This document shows positions 1 through 9,116 of a DNA stretch of 64,000 nucleotides, piece after piece. The DNA comes from a virus. The position numbers were made by a program, and so were the translations under genes. Below the pieces are notes generated by a model. It ran no database searches. It worked only from the letters and a program-made list of their open reading frames with translations, and was not told where the DNA came from. The stretch's first letter is position 1, and every line of letters starts with the position of its first letter. The stretch is taken from the IMG/VR virus record IMGVR_UViG_3300048620_000016; one strand, given 5' to 3'.

Positions 1-504
1 ACCCCGGAGCCCACACCGTCCGCCACGCCGGACCCGAGCCCGACTCCGGAACCGACCGCGACTCCCACACCGGAGGCCACCGCCACATCTTCACCGTCCC
101 CGACAGTGACACCGGAGCCCACGCCGACGGCCACGCCGGAGCCGAGCCCCACCCCCGAGCCCACCGTGACGCCGACGTCGACGCCCGTGCCCACGCCGAC
201 GCCTTCGTCGACGCCCGAGCCCACACCGACCCCGACACCCTCGGTCACGCCGACGGCCACCCCAGAGCCGTCGACGAGCCCCACCCAGCCGGCGCAGCCA
301 TCCCCATCTGCGACCGAGGGTGTCGGCCCCACCCCGCAACACACCACAGCGCCCGGGACCGCAGCCCCGACCGCGGGTGTCGACAGTCGCCACGCGCTCG
401 CCAGCACCGGGAGCACCTCACCCACCCTGATCGCGCTCGCCGCGTTAGGCCTGGTGCTCGTCGGGCTGACGTTCCTCGCGGCGCGGAAGCGGGCGCAGCG
501 ATGA
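1..504 (+). CDS. 3' part of the Pro/Thr-rich LAxTG-anchored surface protein (full copy 35803-36750)
   Basis: PT/PE repeats, LASTG motif, hydrophobic segment, RKRAQR tail; truncated by window start. Confidence 0.85.
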   Translation, partial: TPEPTPSATPDPSPTPEPTATPTPEATATSSPSPTVTPEPTPTATPEPSPTPEPTVTPTSTPVPTPTPSSTPEPTPTPTPSVTPTATPEPSTSPTQPAQPSPSATEGVGPTPQHTTAPGTAAPTAGVDSRHALASTGSTSPTLIALAALGLVLVGLTFLAARKRAQR

Positions 505-878
505 CCGCCTATGCGCTGCTCGCGGTCGGCTTGATCTGGGCTGGCCTCGACATCGAGGACGACGTCGCCGACTGGTGGCTCGTCTGGGGCCTGCTGATCG
601 CGGTCGGCGCTTCGGGGCTCCTGTGGGAGTGCGCGGTGAATCGTCTCTCTGCGACCGCGCAGCAAGCGGCCGCCTGGGCGATGCCAGTCGCCGAGCGGGT
701 CGCTCTTGACTACGCGGACACTCATCGCCGCCTGGCTGCGACTGCGGAGTATCAGCGTCTTGCGGCCGCGGCCGCTGAGGAGGAAGCGAGTCGGCCGGAG
801 TGGTTCTTCGATAGGAACCGCTTCGCTCTGTTCATCGAGGTCAACACCCCGGTGATTCTCGGGAGGGCGGAGCGGTGA
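501..878 (+). CDS. Hypothetical membrane protein
   Basis: ATGA overlap with upstream gene; two N-terminal hydrophobic segments. Confidence 0.7.
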   Translation: MTAYALLAVGLIWAGLDIEDDVADWWLVWGLLIAVGASGLLWECAVNRLSATAQQAAAWAMPVAERVALDYADTHRRLAATAEYQRLAAAAAEEEASRPEWFFDRNRFALFIEVNTPVILGRAER

Positions 879-1195
879 GCTGGGGTGTTGAGTTGGAGCT
901 GCCCGACGGGGAGATCGTCGATATCGTCGACGGCCACACGTACAACCTGTCGCCGATGTGGCGTCTCGCGGGCGTCTTTACCGCGTCATCGAGCGAGTTG
1001 GAGGGCGAGCTGGCTGCGTCTGCCGGCACGCGCGCCGCGATCGGACTGCTACGGGCCGTCACGGATCCCGCAGCGTTCCGCGCGCTGAACCCTCCGAACG
1101 GTTGGGGTGACTACGACGGCTTCGTCGAGGTCCTCACCAGGTTCGCGATCGCCTGCGCTGACCACCCCACGGGCATCGTGAGGTGGAACGGGTGA
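875..1195 (+). CDS. Hypothetical phage protein
   Basis: GTGA coupling at both ends; protein-like sequence (HTYNLSPMW, PPNGWGDY). Confidence 0.75.
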   Translation: MSWGVELELPDGEIVDIVDGHTYNLSPMWRLAGVFTASSSELEGELAASAGTRAAIGLLRAVTDPAAFRALNPPNGWGDYDGFVEVLTRFAIACADHPTGIVRWNG

Positions 1196-1470
1196 GCGGC
1201 ATTGGATGGCTGGTCTTCTCGCACAGTGCGCTCGTCTTCGCGGTCATCTGCCTGTGCGTGCTGGTTCAGCGGTTGATGCACCGAGCCCACCGGGTCGACG
1301 ATCGTGTGCGCAACCTCGAGGGCATCGTGATGGCACCGCCGAAGCCGTGCCGGTCCTGCCGTTGCACCGACGCCGAGCTGCTCATGTCGGGTGGCTGGTG
1401 GGTGGAGCCCGACCTGTGCTCGTCGTGCGCCGACGACATCGCTTCCTCGCTCGAGTCGGGCCGCGGGTGA
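1192..1470 (+). CDS. Hypothetical protein with TM helix and Cys-rich C-terminus
   Basis: GTG at 1192 overlaps previous stop; CRSCRC and CSSC motifs. Confidence 0.65.
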   Translation: MSGIGWLVFSHSALVFAVICLCVLVQRLMHRAHRVDDRVRNLEGIVMAPPKPCRSCRCTDAELLMSGGWWVEPDLCSSCADDIASSLESGRG

Positions 1471-2165
1471 TGACCATGGTCGAGCTGCTGCAGCCCCGCA
1501 CGATCATCTCTCGCATCAACGGCCGCGACATCCGCCTGCTCGTCGACCACCCGTACGTCTACTTCCGGCGTGAGGATGTCGAGGACTTCGCCGATATCCC
1601 CCCGTGGGGCAACGGGGAAACGCTGCTGCTCGACGACGACCAGGTGATCGAGGTCAACGGGGTCGAGTACTACACCCTCGAAACGGTCCTCTATCGTGCC
1701 CGGTTCGACGCTCTCTCCTCGGAGAAGGGTGACGAGCTGCTCCGGTGGATTGACGCGGAGCTTGACCAGTACCTCACCCCGGAGGTCCTCGAGGCCGCGC
1801 ACCGTGCCCCGTCGTTCGCTGAGGCGTACACGGTCGCCGCGGCCGCGAAGCTGCTCGACCAGGATCCCGGCGTCTCGATGGGCCGCGATCGCCTGTTCGA
1901 GTTCATGTCCCAGCTGGGCTGGATCGAACGCAACACGACCGGCGCCGACGCGTGGATCCCAACCCGCCTCCCCACATCCCGCGACTGGGTCGCGATCCGC
2001 ACCGTGAACGTCGGCCCCCGCAAGTCCCCAACCCGCTACCTGCAGATCCACATCACCAACGCCGGCCTCGCCGAGCTCCGCCGCGCGCTCGCCGCGACCG
2101 CCCGCCCCTCCGCCCGCCCGGTCGCCCCGACCCTGTTCGACGGGTGGGCCGATGTCGACAGCTGA
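1470..2165 (+). CDS. Phage antirepressor-like protein with KilAC/ANT-type C-terminal domain
   Basis: YTVAAAAKLL...MGRDRLFEFMSQLGWI and QIHITNAGL match the antirepressor C-terminal pattern; coupled start. Confidence 0.75.
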   Translation: MTMVELLQPRTIISRINGRDIRLLVDHPYVYFRREDVEDFADIPPWGNGETLLLDDDQVIEVNGVEYYTLETVLYRARFDALSSEKGDELLRWIDAELDQYLTPEVLEAAHRAPSFAEAYTVAAAAKLLDQDPGVSMGRDRLFEFMSQLGWIERNTTGADAWIPTRLPTSRDWVAIRTVNVGPRKSPTRYLQIHITNAGLAELRRALAATARPSARPVAPTLFDGWADVDS

Positions 2166-2352
2166 CGACTGGTACGACGCGTGGCTCGCTGACCTATGCC
2201 GCCGCGCTCGCCGCACTGAGGTGCGTAAGCGCCTGACGCTCGAGCTCCGCGGTGTGCAGCACGACGTCGCGACGTCGCCCGAGCGCGCGTTCGACGAACA
2301 GACCGAGCAGCTCCGCCGCACCCTTCAACACTCGCGCGTGAGCGCAGCCTGA
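2152..2352 (+). CDS. Hypothetical protein
   Basis: Overlaps upstream stop; helical 66-aa product. Confidence 0.55.
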   Translation: MSTADDWYDAWLADLCRRARRTEVRKRLTLELRGVQHDVATSPERAFDEQTEQLRRTLQHSRVSAA

Positions 2353-2388
2353 TCCACCCGTCCCGATAACCAGGAAGGTTCCCCAACC

Positions 2389-3460
2389 ATGACCATCAAC
2401 GACGCCCCCGAGTCCGTGCTCGAGCTCCGCCAGGTGAACCCCGCGATGCTCGTCATCCGCGATCAGGCCCGTGAGGATGCCACTCCGGACGAGCAGCTCG
2501 TCGACTCCGTCCGCCGGCATGGCCTCATCCAGCCCCCGGTCGTGAAAGAGGATCCCGAGACGGGCGAGCTCGTGATCGTGACCGGCCACCGTCGTGTAGG
2601 CGCGGCGATCTTGGCTGACCTCGAGCGGATCATCGTGATCATCCGGCCCTTCGGTGGTGCGGAGATCACGCTCGAGGAGCAGATCGTCGAGAACGAGCGC
2701 CGCAAGCAGCTCACCCCGAACGATCTCACGAGAGGGTACGAGCAACTCACCCTGTTCGGACTTCGACCGGAGGACATCGCGGCCGGGCTCGGCGAGAAGG
2801 TCGACCGCGTACGCGCCGGCCTCCGCGTCGTGAAGTCCCAGAAGGCCCGCGACCTGATCGCCAACGAGCCCACGATCGACCTCGAGCGGGCCGCGATCAT
2901 CGCCGAGTTCGACGAGCACCCCAAGCTGCAGGCGAAGCTCATCGAGACCGCCACCACCCGTCCCGAGAACTTCTCACGTGACGTCGAGAGCGCGCGCAGC
3001 CAGCGTGAGGTCGACGCCCGCGTCGCAAAGCTCAAGACGACGCTGGCAGATGACAACGTGACGGTCGTCGAGGTGAGCAACTGGAGCGACAACTACTGGC
3101 GCGGCAAGGACGGCCGCGGCCGCGCGCTCGACAAGCTCGACATTCGACGGCGAAGAACACGACCGCGACACCTGGAAGGACCAAAGCAACGAAGAGGCGA
3201 TCCTCGACCTCCTCGAGTCCCGCCAGACCCCTGCACTCCGCATCGCACTTGCCATCGCGATCGCCCGCGTCGAAGAGAACCTCGACAGCGTCGCCGCACA
3301 CCGCTACTGGCCTGCACTCGCCGCCCTCGGCTACACCCTCACCGACACCGACAAAGAGCACCAGGCCCAGACCGTCGAAGCGCTCGCCGAGTGGAAGGCC
3401 GAGCGCGCCAACGAGGCCGCCGAGGATGCCGACGAGCAGGAGGACGGTGAGGAGGAATGA
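2389..3460 (+). pseudogene. ParB/Srx-domain protein with a frame disruption at about 3142
   Basis: LVDSVRRHGLIQPPVV and GHRRVGAA ParB motifs; after 3142 the protein-like frame is +1 (FDGEEH...YWPALAALGYTLTDTD...EEE) and stops at 3460, coupled to the next ATG. Confidence 0.8.
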
Positions 3461-3690
3461 TCTCGGGGTTGGCCAAGATGGCGGCGCCCGAGGATCTTCG
3501 GACCACGGCCGGCGCCCCGCGCCCGAAGTCGCTCCGGTGGCGGCCGGGCGACCCGGTCACCACCGACGGCGTTCGTTGGGTGATCCGGATCCTCACGCCC
3601 GAACGCGTGGAGCTCGAGGCCATGAACGCACGCTGCGGCATGTGGTGGACGACGACCCCCGACAAGCTCCCCGAGAAGACCGGCCGATGA
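3457..3690 (+). CDS. Hypothetical protein
   Basis: RBS gaggaggaATG; ATGA coupling at both ends. Confidence 0.7.
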   Translation: MISGLAKMAAPEDLRTTAGAPRPKSLRWRPGDPVTTDGVRWVIRILTPERVELEAMNARCGMWWTTTPDKLPEKTGR

Positions 3691-4598
3691 GCACAACACC
3701 AGGTATCAAGATCGTCTGCACCCACAAGGGCTGCAGCCGCCGCAGCGTCGCCCGCCGCCTCTGCCGCGCCCACTACCAGGTGGCGTGGAAAGCGGGCGAA
3801 TTGGGGCAGCACGAGAAGCTCCCACCGCGGGAGAAGAAGCATGACTACACCTGCCCGGACGATCACAAGCACGCCACCGCGACCACCTGCTACATCCAGC
3901 ACCAGTGCCGTTGCGACGCGTGCGTCACCGACCACAACGCCCGAGAATCCCGCCGCAGCCGGCTCAAGGCCTACGGCCGATTCGACTCCGGACTCGTCGA
4001 CGCCGAACCCGTCCGCGCCCACCTCCTTGCCCTCGCCGAGTACGGCATCGGATACAAGCGCGTCGCAGCGCTCGCCGGCGTGGGCGTGACCGGGGTCCGC
4101 ACGATCATCTGGGGACGGCAGGAGCCCGGTCGCCGCAATGGTGAGATCCCGAAGCGGGTCCCGCGGAACAAGGCGGAGGCGATTCTCGCGGTCGAGCCGC
4201 GGCTCGAGCACCTGGGCCGCCGGCAGTCCGTGAAAGCGGGCCCGTACGTGCGTCGCCTGAAAGCACTGGTCGCGCTCGGGTGGTCGCAGTCGAAGATCGC
4301 AGCCGAGCTGGGGATCGAGCGCGCAAACTTCCGGTACATCGTCGAGTACGACAAGGCCTGGCAAGCACAAGCGCACAGGAACCGGATCATGATGGGCGCA
4401 GGCACTGCTCGCGCCATCGTGGATCTGTACGACCGTTGGTCGAACGTGCGGCCGCCGGAGCGGGATCAGCGGGAGAAGATCGCGGCGACCCGCAGCCGCC
4501 GCTACGCAGCCGAGCGGGGCTGGCCCCTCCCGATGGACTGGGAAGCGATCGACAACGACTTCGAGCGCCCAACGCCCGTGCGGAGGTCTGCAGCGTGA
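3687..4598 (+). CDS. Cys/His-rich DNA-binding protein with HTH-like segments
   Basis: N-terminal CxxxGC...ARRLC..HY, CYIQHQCRCDAC, and LKALVALGWSQSKIAAELG helix-turn-helix. Confidence 0.75.
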   Translation: MSTTPGIKIVCTHKGCSRRSVARRLCRAHYQVAWKAGELGQHEKLPPREKKHDYTCPDDHKHATATTCYIQHQCRCDACVTDHNARESRRSRLKAYGRFDSGLVDAEPVRAHLLALAEYGIGYKRVAALAGVGVTGVRTIIWGRQEPGRRNGEIPKRVPRNKAEAILAVEPRLEHLGRRQSVKAGPYVRRLKALVALGWSQSKIAAELGIERANFRYIVEYDKAWQAQAHRNRIMMGAGTARAIVDLYDRWSNVRPPERDQREKIAATRSRRYAAERGWPLPMDWEAIDNDFERPTPVRRSAA

Positions 4599-5143
4599 GC
4601 GGCATCGACCTGGATCAGTACCTGCGCGAGCTCGCCTCCCTGCGAGTCCACACCGATGAGGTGATCGCCCGCGACCAGGTGATCGTCTATGGCGCGGATG
4701 TGTTCATGCACCCGTTGATGCTGATCGAGATCGAGTACGGCACGGACCTGGAGGCTCGCTCGCGCGCGGCTCTGGAGTGGATCAACGACCGCATCGAGCT
4801 GTCGGCCCTCCGATCGCTGCGGCGGTTGGACCGGCTGCACAGGAAGCCTCTCGACGCTCTCACCAGCCGTGGACCTGAGGACCTCGCCGCACGCCTCAAG
4901 GACCTCGCCCGTGCGGTCGCTGGCATGGGGGCGAGTGCGCGCGACCTGACGGGCTATCTCAGAGCGCGCACGGAGAAGATCAGCGATGACGGCGACTATC
5001 TGAGCCCGCCGTCAACGGTTCACGCGTGCCCGGAGTGCGCCCAGGGCAAGCCGTGGAACTGCACGGGATGGGCGATCGACGACCGGGACGAGATGGTGCA
5101 GTGCGAGCGCCCCGACCTCAACGAACAGGAGCAAGAGCTATGA
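4595..5143 (+). CDS. Hypothetical protein with C-terminal CPEC/C motif
   Basis: GTGA/ATGA coupling at both ends. Confidence 0.65.
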   Translation: MSGIDLDQYLRELASLRVHTDEVIARDQVIVYGADVFMHPLMLIEIEYGTDLEARSRAALEWINDRIELSALRSLRRLDRLHRKPLDALTSRGPEDLAARLKDLARAVAGMGASARDLTGYLRARTEKISDDGDYLSPPSTVHACPECAQGKPWNCTGWAIDDRDEMVQCERPDLNEQEQEL

Positions 5144-5766
5144 AGGCACACACGATGCGCCGCAAAGTGCGCGAGGGCGGCCTCGCCCATCGTCTGCTGA
5201 CGATCGCCACCGACAACCACCACTGGTACGACTGGGGACACCGCCTGATGACGCTGGTCGGCCGCTGGGACGGCACCGGCGACTACAGCATGCCGCGCGG
5301 CCGCGACCTCTGGTACCGCTTCGACTCCGACAATGAGACGAGCGGCAAGATCATCACCACGCACCGCTACACCGACGTCCGAGACATGCCGGACGCGGGC
5401 TGGAAGGTCTTCGACGTCCAGGACGACGGACACACGGTCATGCTCGGCTGGTGGGGCGACCGAATCCGCTTCTACGGGCTCAACAGGCGCGAGCTGGCAC
5501 TGTTCCGCCGGTGGGATCTCTGGGAGCGCCGCGCACGCGGTGAGTGGTTCGGCATTCGACGCTGGCTCTACTGCAAGGGTTTGCACGCCGCAGTGCACCT
5601 CCGGAAGCCGTTCGCGTGCAACACAACGCCCCCGCCGGGGTCGGGCGGCTACTCGCACTGGCACTGCGAGCTGCGCGGCAAGCACACCGAGCACCGCTTC
5701 CGCGCGTACGTATGGGTCGATGGTCGCGTAACGCACCGACCGAACGAACAGAAGCCGACGCGATGA
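5140..5766 (+). CDS. Hypothetical Trp/His-rich protein
   Basis: ATGA coupling; RBS caggagc upstream. Confidence 0.7.
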   Translation: MKAHTMRRKVREGGLAHRLLTIATDNHHWYDWGHRLMTLVGRWDGTGDYSMPRGRDLWYRFDSDNETSGKIITTHRYTDVRDMPDAGWKVFDVQDDGHTVMLGWWGDRIRFYGLNRRELALFRRWDLWERRARGEWFGIRRWLYCKGLHAAVHLRKPFACNTTPPPGSGGYSHWHCELRGKHTEHRFRAYVWVDGRVTHRPNEQKPTR

Positions 5767-6143
5767 CGCACACGGTCACCGTGACGACGAGGGTCGAAGA
5801 CGAAGGTACTCCCAACGAGTTCCGCGTCATCGAGTCGATCACGTTCAAGTGCGACGCCCCTCAGGACGCCGACTGCCGACGCTGGCCCGACTGTGGGTGC
5901 GAGTCATGGGAGTGGAACGAGGCGGGCACGCACGACCAGAACGAGCACGAGCGCGTTCCTGGCCAGAAGTGCTGGCTCACCGACTGGTTCGACGCGGAAG
6001 GCGCGATCTACGTGGGTGACGACTACGACGACATGCGCGCCGACTGCGTGCCTGCCATCGACCGTACCGGCGAGATCACCGTGGCGTGGAGCGACGAGTG
6101 GCCCGAGTGGACGTTCCTACCCGAACCGGGCGATCCCTCATGA
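5763..6143 (+). CDS. Hypothetical Cys/Trp/Asp-rich protein, paralog A
   Basis: Coupled start; near-identical to 7477-7863. Confidence 0.85.
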   Translation: MTHTVTVTTRVEDEGTPNEFRVIESITFKCDAPQDADCRRWPDCGCESWEWNEAGTHDQNEHERVPGQKCWLTDWFDAEGAIYVGDDYDDMRADCVPAIDRTGEITVAWSDEWPEWTFLPEPGDPS

Positions 6144-6373
6144 GCGCGCCGATCCTGATCCCCACGACACTCGCGAAGATCGACGCATCACTCCACACGT
6201 GCCAGGGATGCGACGTGTGCGGCAGCCTCGGATGCCTCGACTCGCATGGGCTGTGCGACGCGGTGAACCCCGAGCAGACGGCCGGGTGCTTCCGCGAGCC
6301 GTTGCATGACGGTCTGCACACATTCGAGATCGGCCGAGCCGTGACACAGGAACCGGAGGGACGCGAGCCATGA
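6140..6373 (+). CDS. Hypothetical Cys/His-rich protein
   Basis: ATGA coupling; CQGCDVC...C..H..C motif. Confidence 0.65.
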   Translation: MSAPILIPTTLAKIDASLHTCQGCDVCGSLGCLDSHGLCDAVNPEQTAGCFREPLHDGLHTFEIGRAVTQEPEGREP

Positions 6374-6954
6374 CCGTCGAACTATACCGAGGTGAGTCAG
6401 AACCGGTCGCCACGAACCCTGTGCTCAGAGGCGTCGATCTCGCGATGGATCGCCTGGTGCGCGAGGACTGCTTCACGGAGCGGACGCTGCGCGTAATTGA
6501 CGAGCTGCGTGCCGAGGTGCTCGGAGTTGCCACGCCGGATGAGGTGCGAGCGCACTACCCCACACCCGAAGTGCGCTCCGACGCGGGCCGTCGTTCGGTG
6601 GTGTCCACACCCGGGTACGAGTCGAACGGTCTCGCGAAGGCATTGCGCCGATTGCTGGACAAACACTCGCTCCACGGTGACGTTCCTGCCGACGACATTG
6701 ACGATCTGCTGGACCGATTCGACTCGGCCTCGGCGGTGTCCGCTCCACCCACCATCACCGACGAGATGGTCGAACGAGCAGCCCGAGCACTCTTCGAGGA
6801 GCCGGGCCACGACCCCGAGTCGCCCGACTACACGACGTGGGCTGACGTGGTGGCTGAGACACCGGAGCGCGCGGCGATATGGCGAGATGACGCGCGGCGC
6901 GTCATGGTCGCTGCTCTTGGGGGGAGAGGAGAAAGCCCATGGCTGACAACGTGA
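6370..6954 (+). CDS. Hypothetical protein
   Basis: RBS ggagggacgcgagccATG; ITDEMVERAARAL motif typical of actinophage early genes. Confidence 0.7.
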   Translation: MTVELYRGESEPVATNPVLRGVDLAMDRLVREDCFTERTLRVIDELRAEVLGVATPDEVRAHYPTPEVRSDAGRRSVVSTPGYESNGLAKALRRLLDKHSLHGDVPADDIDDLLDRFDSASAVSAPPTITDEMVERAARALFEEPGHDPESPDYTTWADVVAETPERAAIWRDDARRVMVAALGGRGESPWLTT

Positions 6955-7205
6955 CTCGGATTCACCCTGCTCCGAGCATCCCAAACCCGTTGACGGTGAA
7001 TCCGTGGGAGGTGCTGACCACCGCGGAGATCCAGGACGCCATCGCTCGCGCCGATATCAGGATCGATGCCGCTCTGCACACGAAGCAGTCATTGCAGCGT
7101 GAGCTCGAACGGCGGTGCGTCGAGCCGGGATGCGAGGTCTTCCCCGACGCGACCTGGGATCGGTGCGCCGAGCACCAGGCCACTCAGGAATCGGAAGGAC
7201 GGTAG
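6939..7205 (+). CDS. Hypothetical protein
   Basis: RBS ggagaaagcccATG; CVEPGC...RCAEH motif. Confidence 0.65.
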   Translation: MADNVTRIHPAPSIPNPLTVNPWEVLTTAEIQDAIARADIRIDAALHTKQSLQRELERRCVEPGCEVFPDATWDRCAEHQATQESEGR

Positions 7206-7207
7206 CC

Positions 7208-7366
7208 ATGAAGCGACTTCTATGCGCGTTGCGAGGGCACCGCTGGTACCCGACCCGGGACGGTGTTGCCGCGCGCGACTTGCCCGGAGGCGGGTGGGCG
7301 TTCGCGACCCGAGCCGTCGAGTGCTCACGCTGTGGCCAGCGACGGTACGCACCGGAGGAACGGTAG
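7208..7366 (+). CDS. Small zinc-ribbon-like protein
   Basis: RBS ggaaggacggtagccATG; LC..RGHRW...CSRCG. Confidence 0.7.
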   Translation: MKRLLCALRGHRWYPTRDGVAARDLPGGGWAFATRAVECSRCGQRRYAPEER

Positions 7367-7476
7367 CCATGGCCTACGACTGCAAGCCGTGCGAGCGCCC
7401 GGAGCCGCACGATGACCACTTCCACGGGCGCTCATGGTGCCTCGGTCTCGGTTCCCAACGAACAGGAGCAGGAACG

Positions 7477-7863
7477 ATGACGCACACAGTCACCGTCACG
7501 ACGAAAGTCGAAGACGAAGGAACTCCCGACGAGTTCCGCGTGGTCGAATCAATCACGTTCAAATGCGACTCCCCGCCCGACGCCGACTGCCGCCGCTGGC
7601 CCGACTGCGGATGCGAGTCGTGGACTTGGAACGAGGCAGGCACGCACGACGAGAGCGGGCACGAGCGCATTCCCGGACGGAAGTGTTGGCTCACCGACTG
7701 GTTCGATGCCGAGGGCGCGATCTACGTGGGCGACGACTACGACGACATGCGCGACGACTGCGTGCCTGCCATCGACCGGAGCGGCGAGATCACCGTCGAG
7801 TGGCGCGATGAGTGGCCCGAGTGGACGTTCACCCCCGAACCGACCGGTTCGGAGTCTGAGTGA
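7477..7863 (+). CDS. Hypothetical Cys/Trp/Asp-rich protein, paralog B (alternative in-frame start at 7369)
   Basis: RBS caggagcaggaacgATG; colinear with 5763-6143. Confidence 0.85.
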   Translation: MTHTVTVTTKVEDEGTPDEFRVVESITFKCDSPPDADCRRWPDCGCESWTWNEAGTHDESGHERIPGRKCWLTDWFDAEGAIYVGDDYDDMRDDCVPAIDRSGEITVEWRDEWPEWTFTPEPTGSESE

Positions 7864-9116
7864 CGAGCTGGATCGGTTGTGACTTCGACGGCTGCGCTCG
7901 CCGCCATCGCGCACGCGGCTACTGCAACGGACACCTCGAACAAGAGCGCCGCGGCAAGCCCATGACGCCCCTGCGCACCCTACCGCGCTACGCGTGGACC
8001 TATGTCGCGTACTGGCCCGACCTGCACGGCCCGGGCCTGGGCGTGCTGAAGGTGGGGCGCGCGTGGTCGCGATCGCGCATCGAGATGCTGCTCGCGTCTG
8101 GCGCTCACCTCATCGCGAACGAGGGCAACACCGACGACACGTGGGAGCGCAACGCGCTGCGGTTCCTCGCGACCCGATTCAAGCCGGCCTTCCACCGAGC
8201 CTCGGAGGCGTCGGGGATCCTCATCCGCGGGTCCGGGTGGACGGAGTGCTTCGCGGTCGACCGTGAGGACCTGGCCCTCGCCTGGGAGCTGTGCCTAGAG
8301 GCGTTCGCGTTCGGGTCGGAGTACGGCGAGAACCCGCCGAGCGCATACGCGAGGAAACCGCAGCGTCAACCGCAGCGGATGTTGGACGAGATGGAGATTA
8401 CAGATCATGCAACCGAGGTGGCCATTGAAGAGGGAACCGACCGAGCGCGATCGGGAGTTCCCGGGCTACCGGATGGCCCCGACGGAAGCGAGATTGACTG
8501 CGGAGGGCCTGTGGCGCCTCACCGACGAGCACGGCCGACGCACCCTGCAGCCCGAGGCGCTCGCCGCGGAGCTGTACTCGGCGGGCTGGCTTTCGGCGGT
8601 CAGCGTGGAAGACGCGACCGAGCGGGTGGTGCTGCATGTGCTGCAGTTGGAGGAGTCCGGGTTTCTCTCGACCTACGCCGTAGGCCCCGAGGAGTGGCTG
8701 GCGCTGCATCGGCCGCTACCCGCTCTCAGTCTCCCTGCGGAGCCCACCTCGTGGGCGGGCCGTCCGACGAGCCCCGGATTTGCGGGGTTCGATTCCACGG
8801 CTTTAGAGAGGGAGAGAGAGGAAGCGCGAGCACGCGCACGAGCACGCGCGAACGAGATCGAGCACACGAACGCCGCCTCCTGGGCTCGCTGGCAGGCCTC
8901 ACAGCGTCCACCGCAGCGCAGCACCCAGATCCCACTCGAGATGCTCGCTCCTCCCATCGGATGTCAGGACCACCCGCACGGCACCACCACCGAGGAATGC
9001 GGGCCTTGCGGCACCGCTGCAGCGCAGCGTCGGGAGTGGTTCGCCCGGGAGCGGTACGAGCGGCAGCTGGCCGACGAGGAGTTCTGGCGGCAGCAGAGCG
9101 GGGGGAGTGGCGATGA
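7860..9116 (+). CDS. Protein with N-terminal Cys/His motif and GIY-YIG-like segment; long tail overlapping the next gene
   Basis: CDFDGC...ARGYCNGH; WTYVAYW...GVLKVGRA; stop coupled to ATG 9113. The nuclease assignment is tentative. Confidence 0.55.
   Translation: MTSWIGCDFDGCARRHRARGYCNGHLEQERRGKPMTPLRTLPRYAWTYVAYWPDLHGPGLGVLKVGRAWSRSRIEMLLASGAHLIANEGNTDDTWERNALRFLATRFKPAFHRASEASGILIRGSGWTECFAVDREDLALAWELCLEAFAFGSEYGENPPSAYARKPQRQPQRMLDEMEITDHATEVAIEEGTDRARSGVPGLPDGPDGSEIDCGGPVAPHRRARPTHPAARGARRGAVLGGLAFGGQRGRRDRAGGAACAAVGGVRVSLDLRRRPRGVAGAASAATRSQSPCGAHLVGGPSDEPRICGVRFHGFREGERGSASTRTSTRERDRAHERRLLGSLAGLTASTAAQHPDPTRDARSSHRMSGPPARHHHRGMRALRHRCSAASGVVRPGAVRAAAGRRGVLAAAERGEWR

Noticed and set aside
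2389-3460. parABS plasmid-prophage partition system
   Set aside because: No ParA ATPase or parS array seen; the gene sits in the early lytic operon and is frame-disrupted.
5763-7863. Paralog pair as the template/variable repeats of a diversity-generating retroelement
   Set aside because: No reverse transcriptase in the genome; differences are not adenine-specific and many are synonymous.
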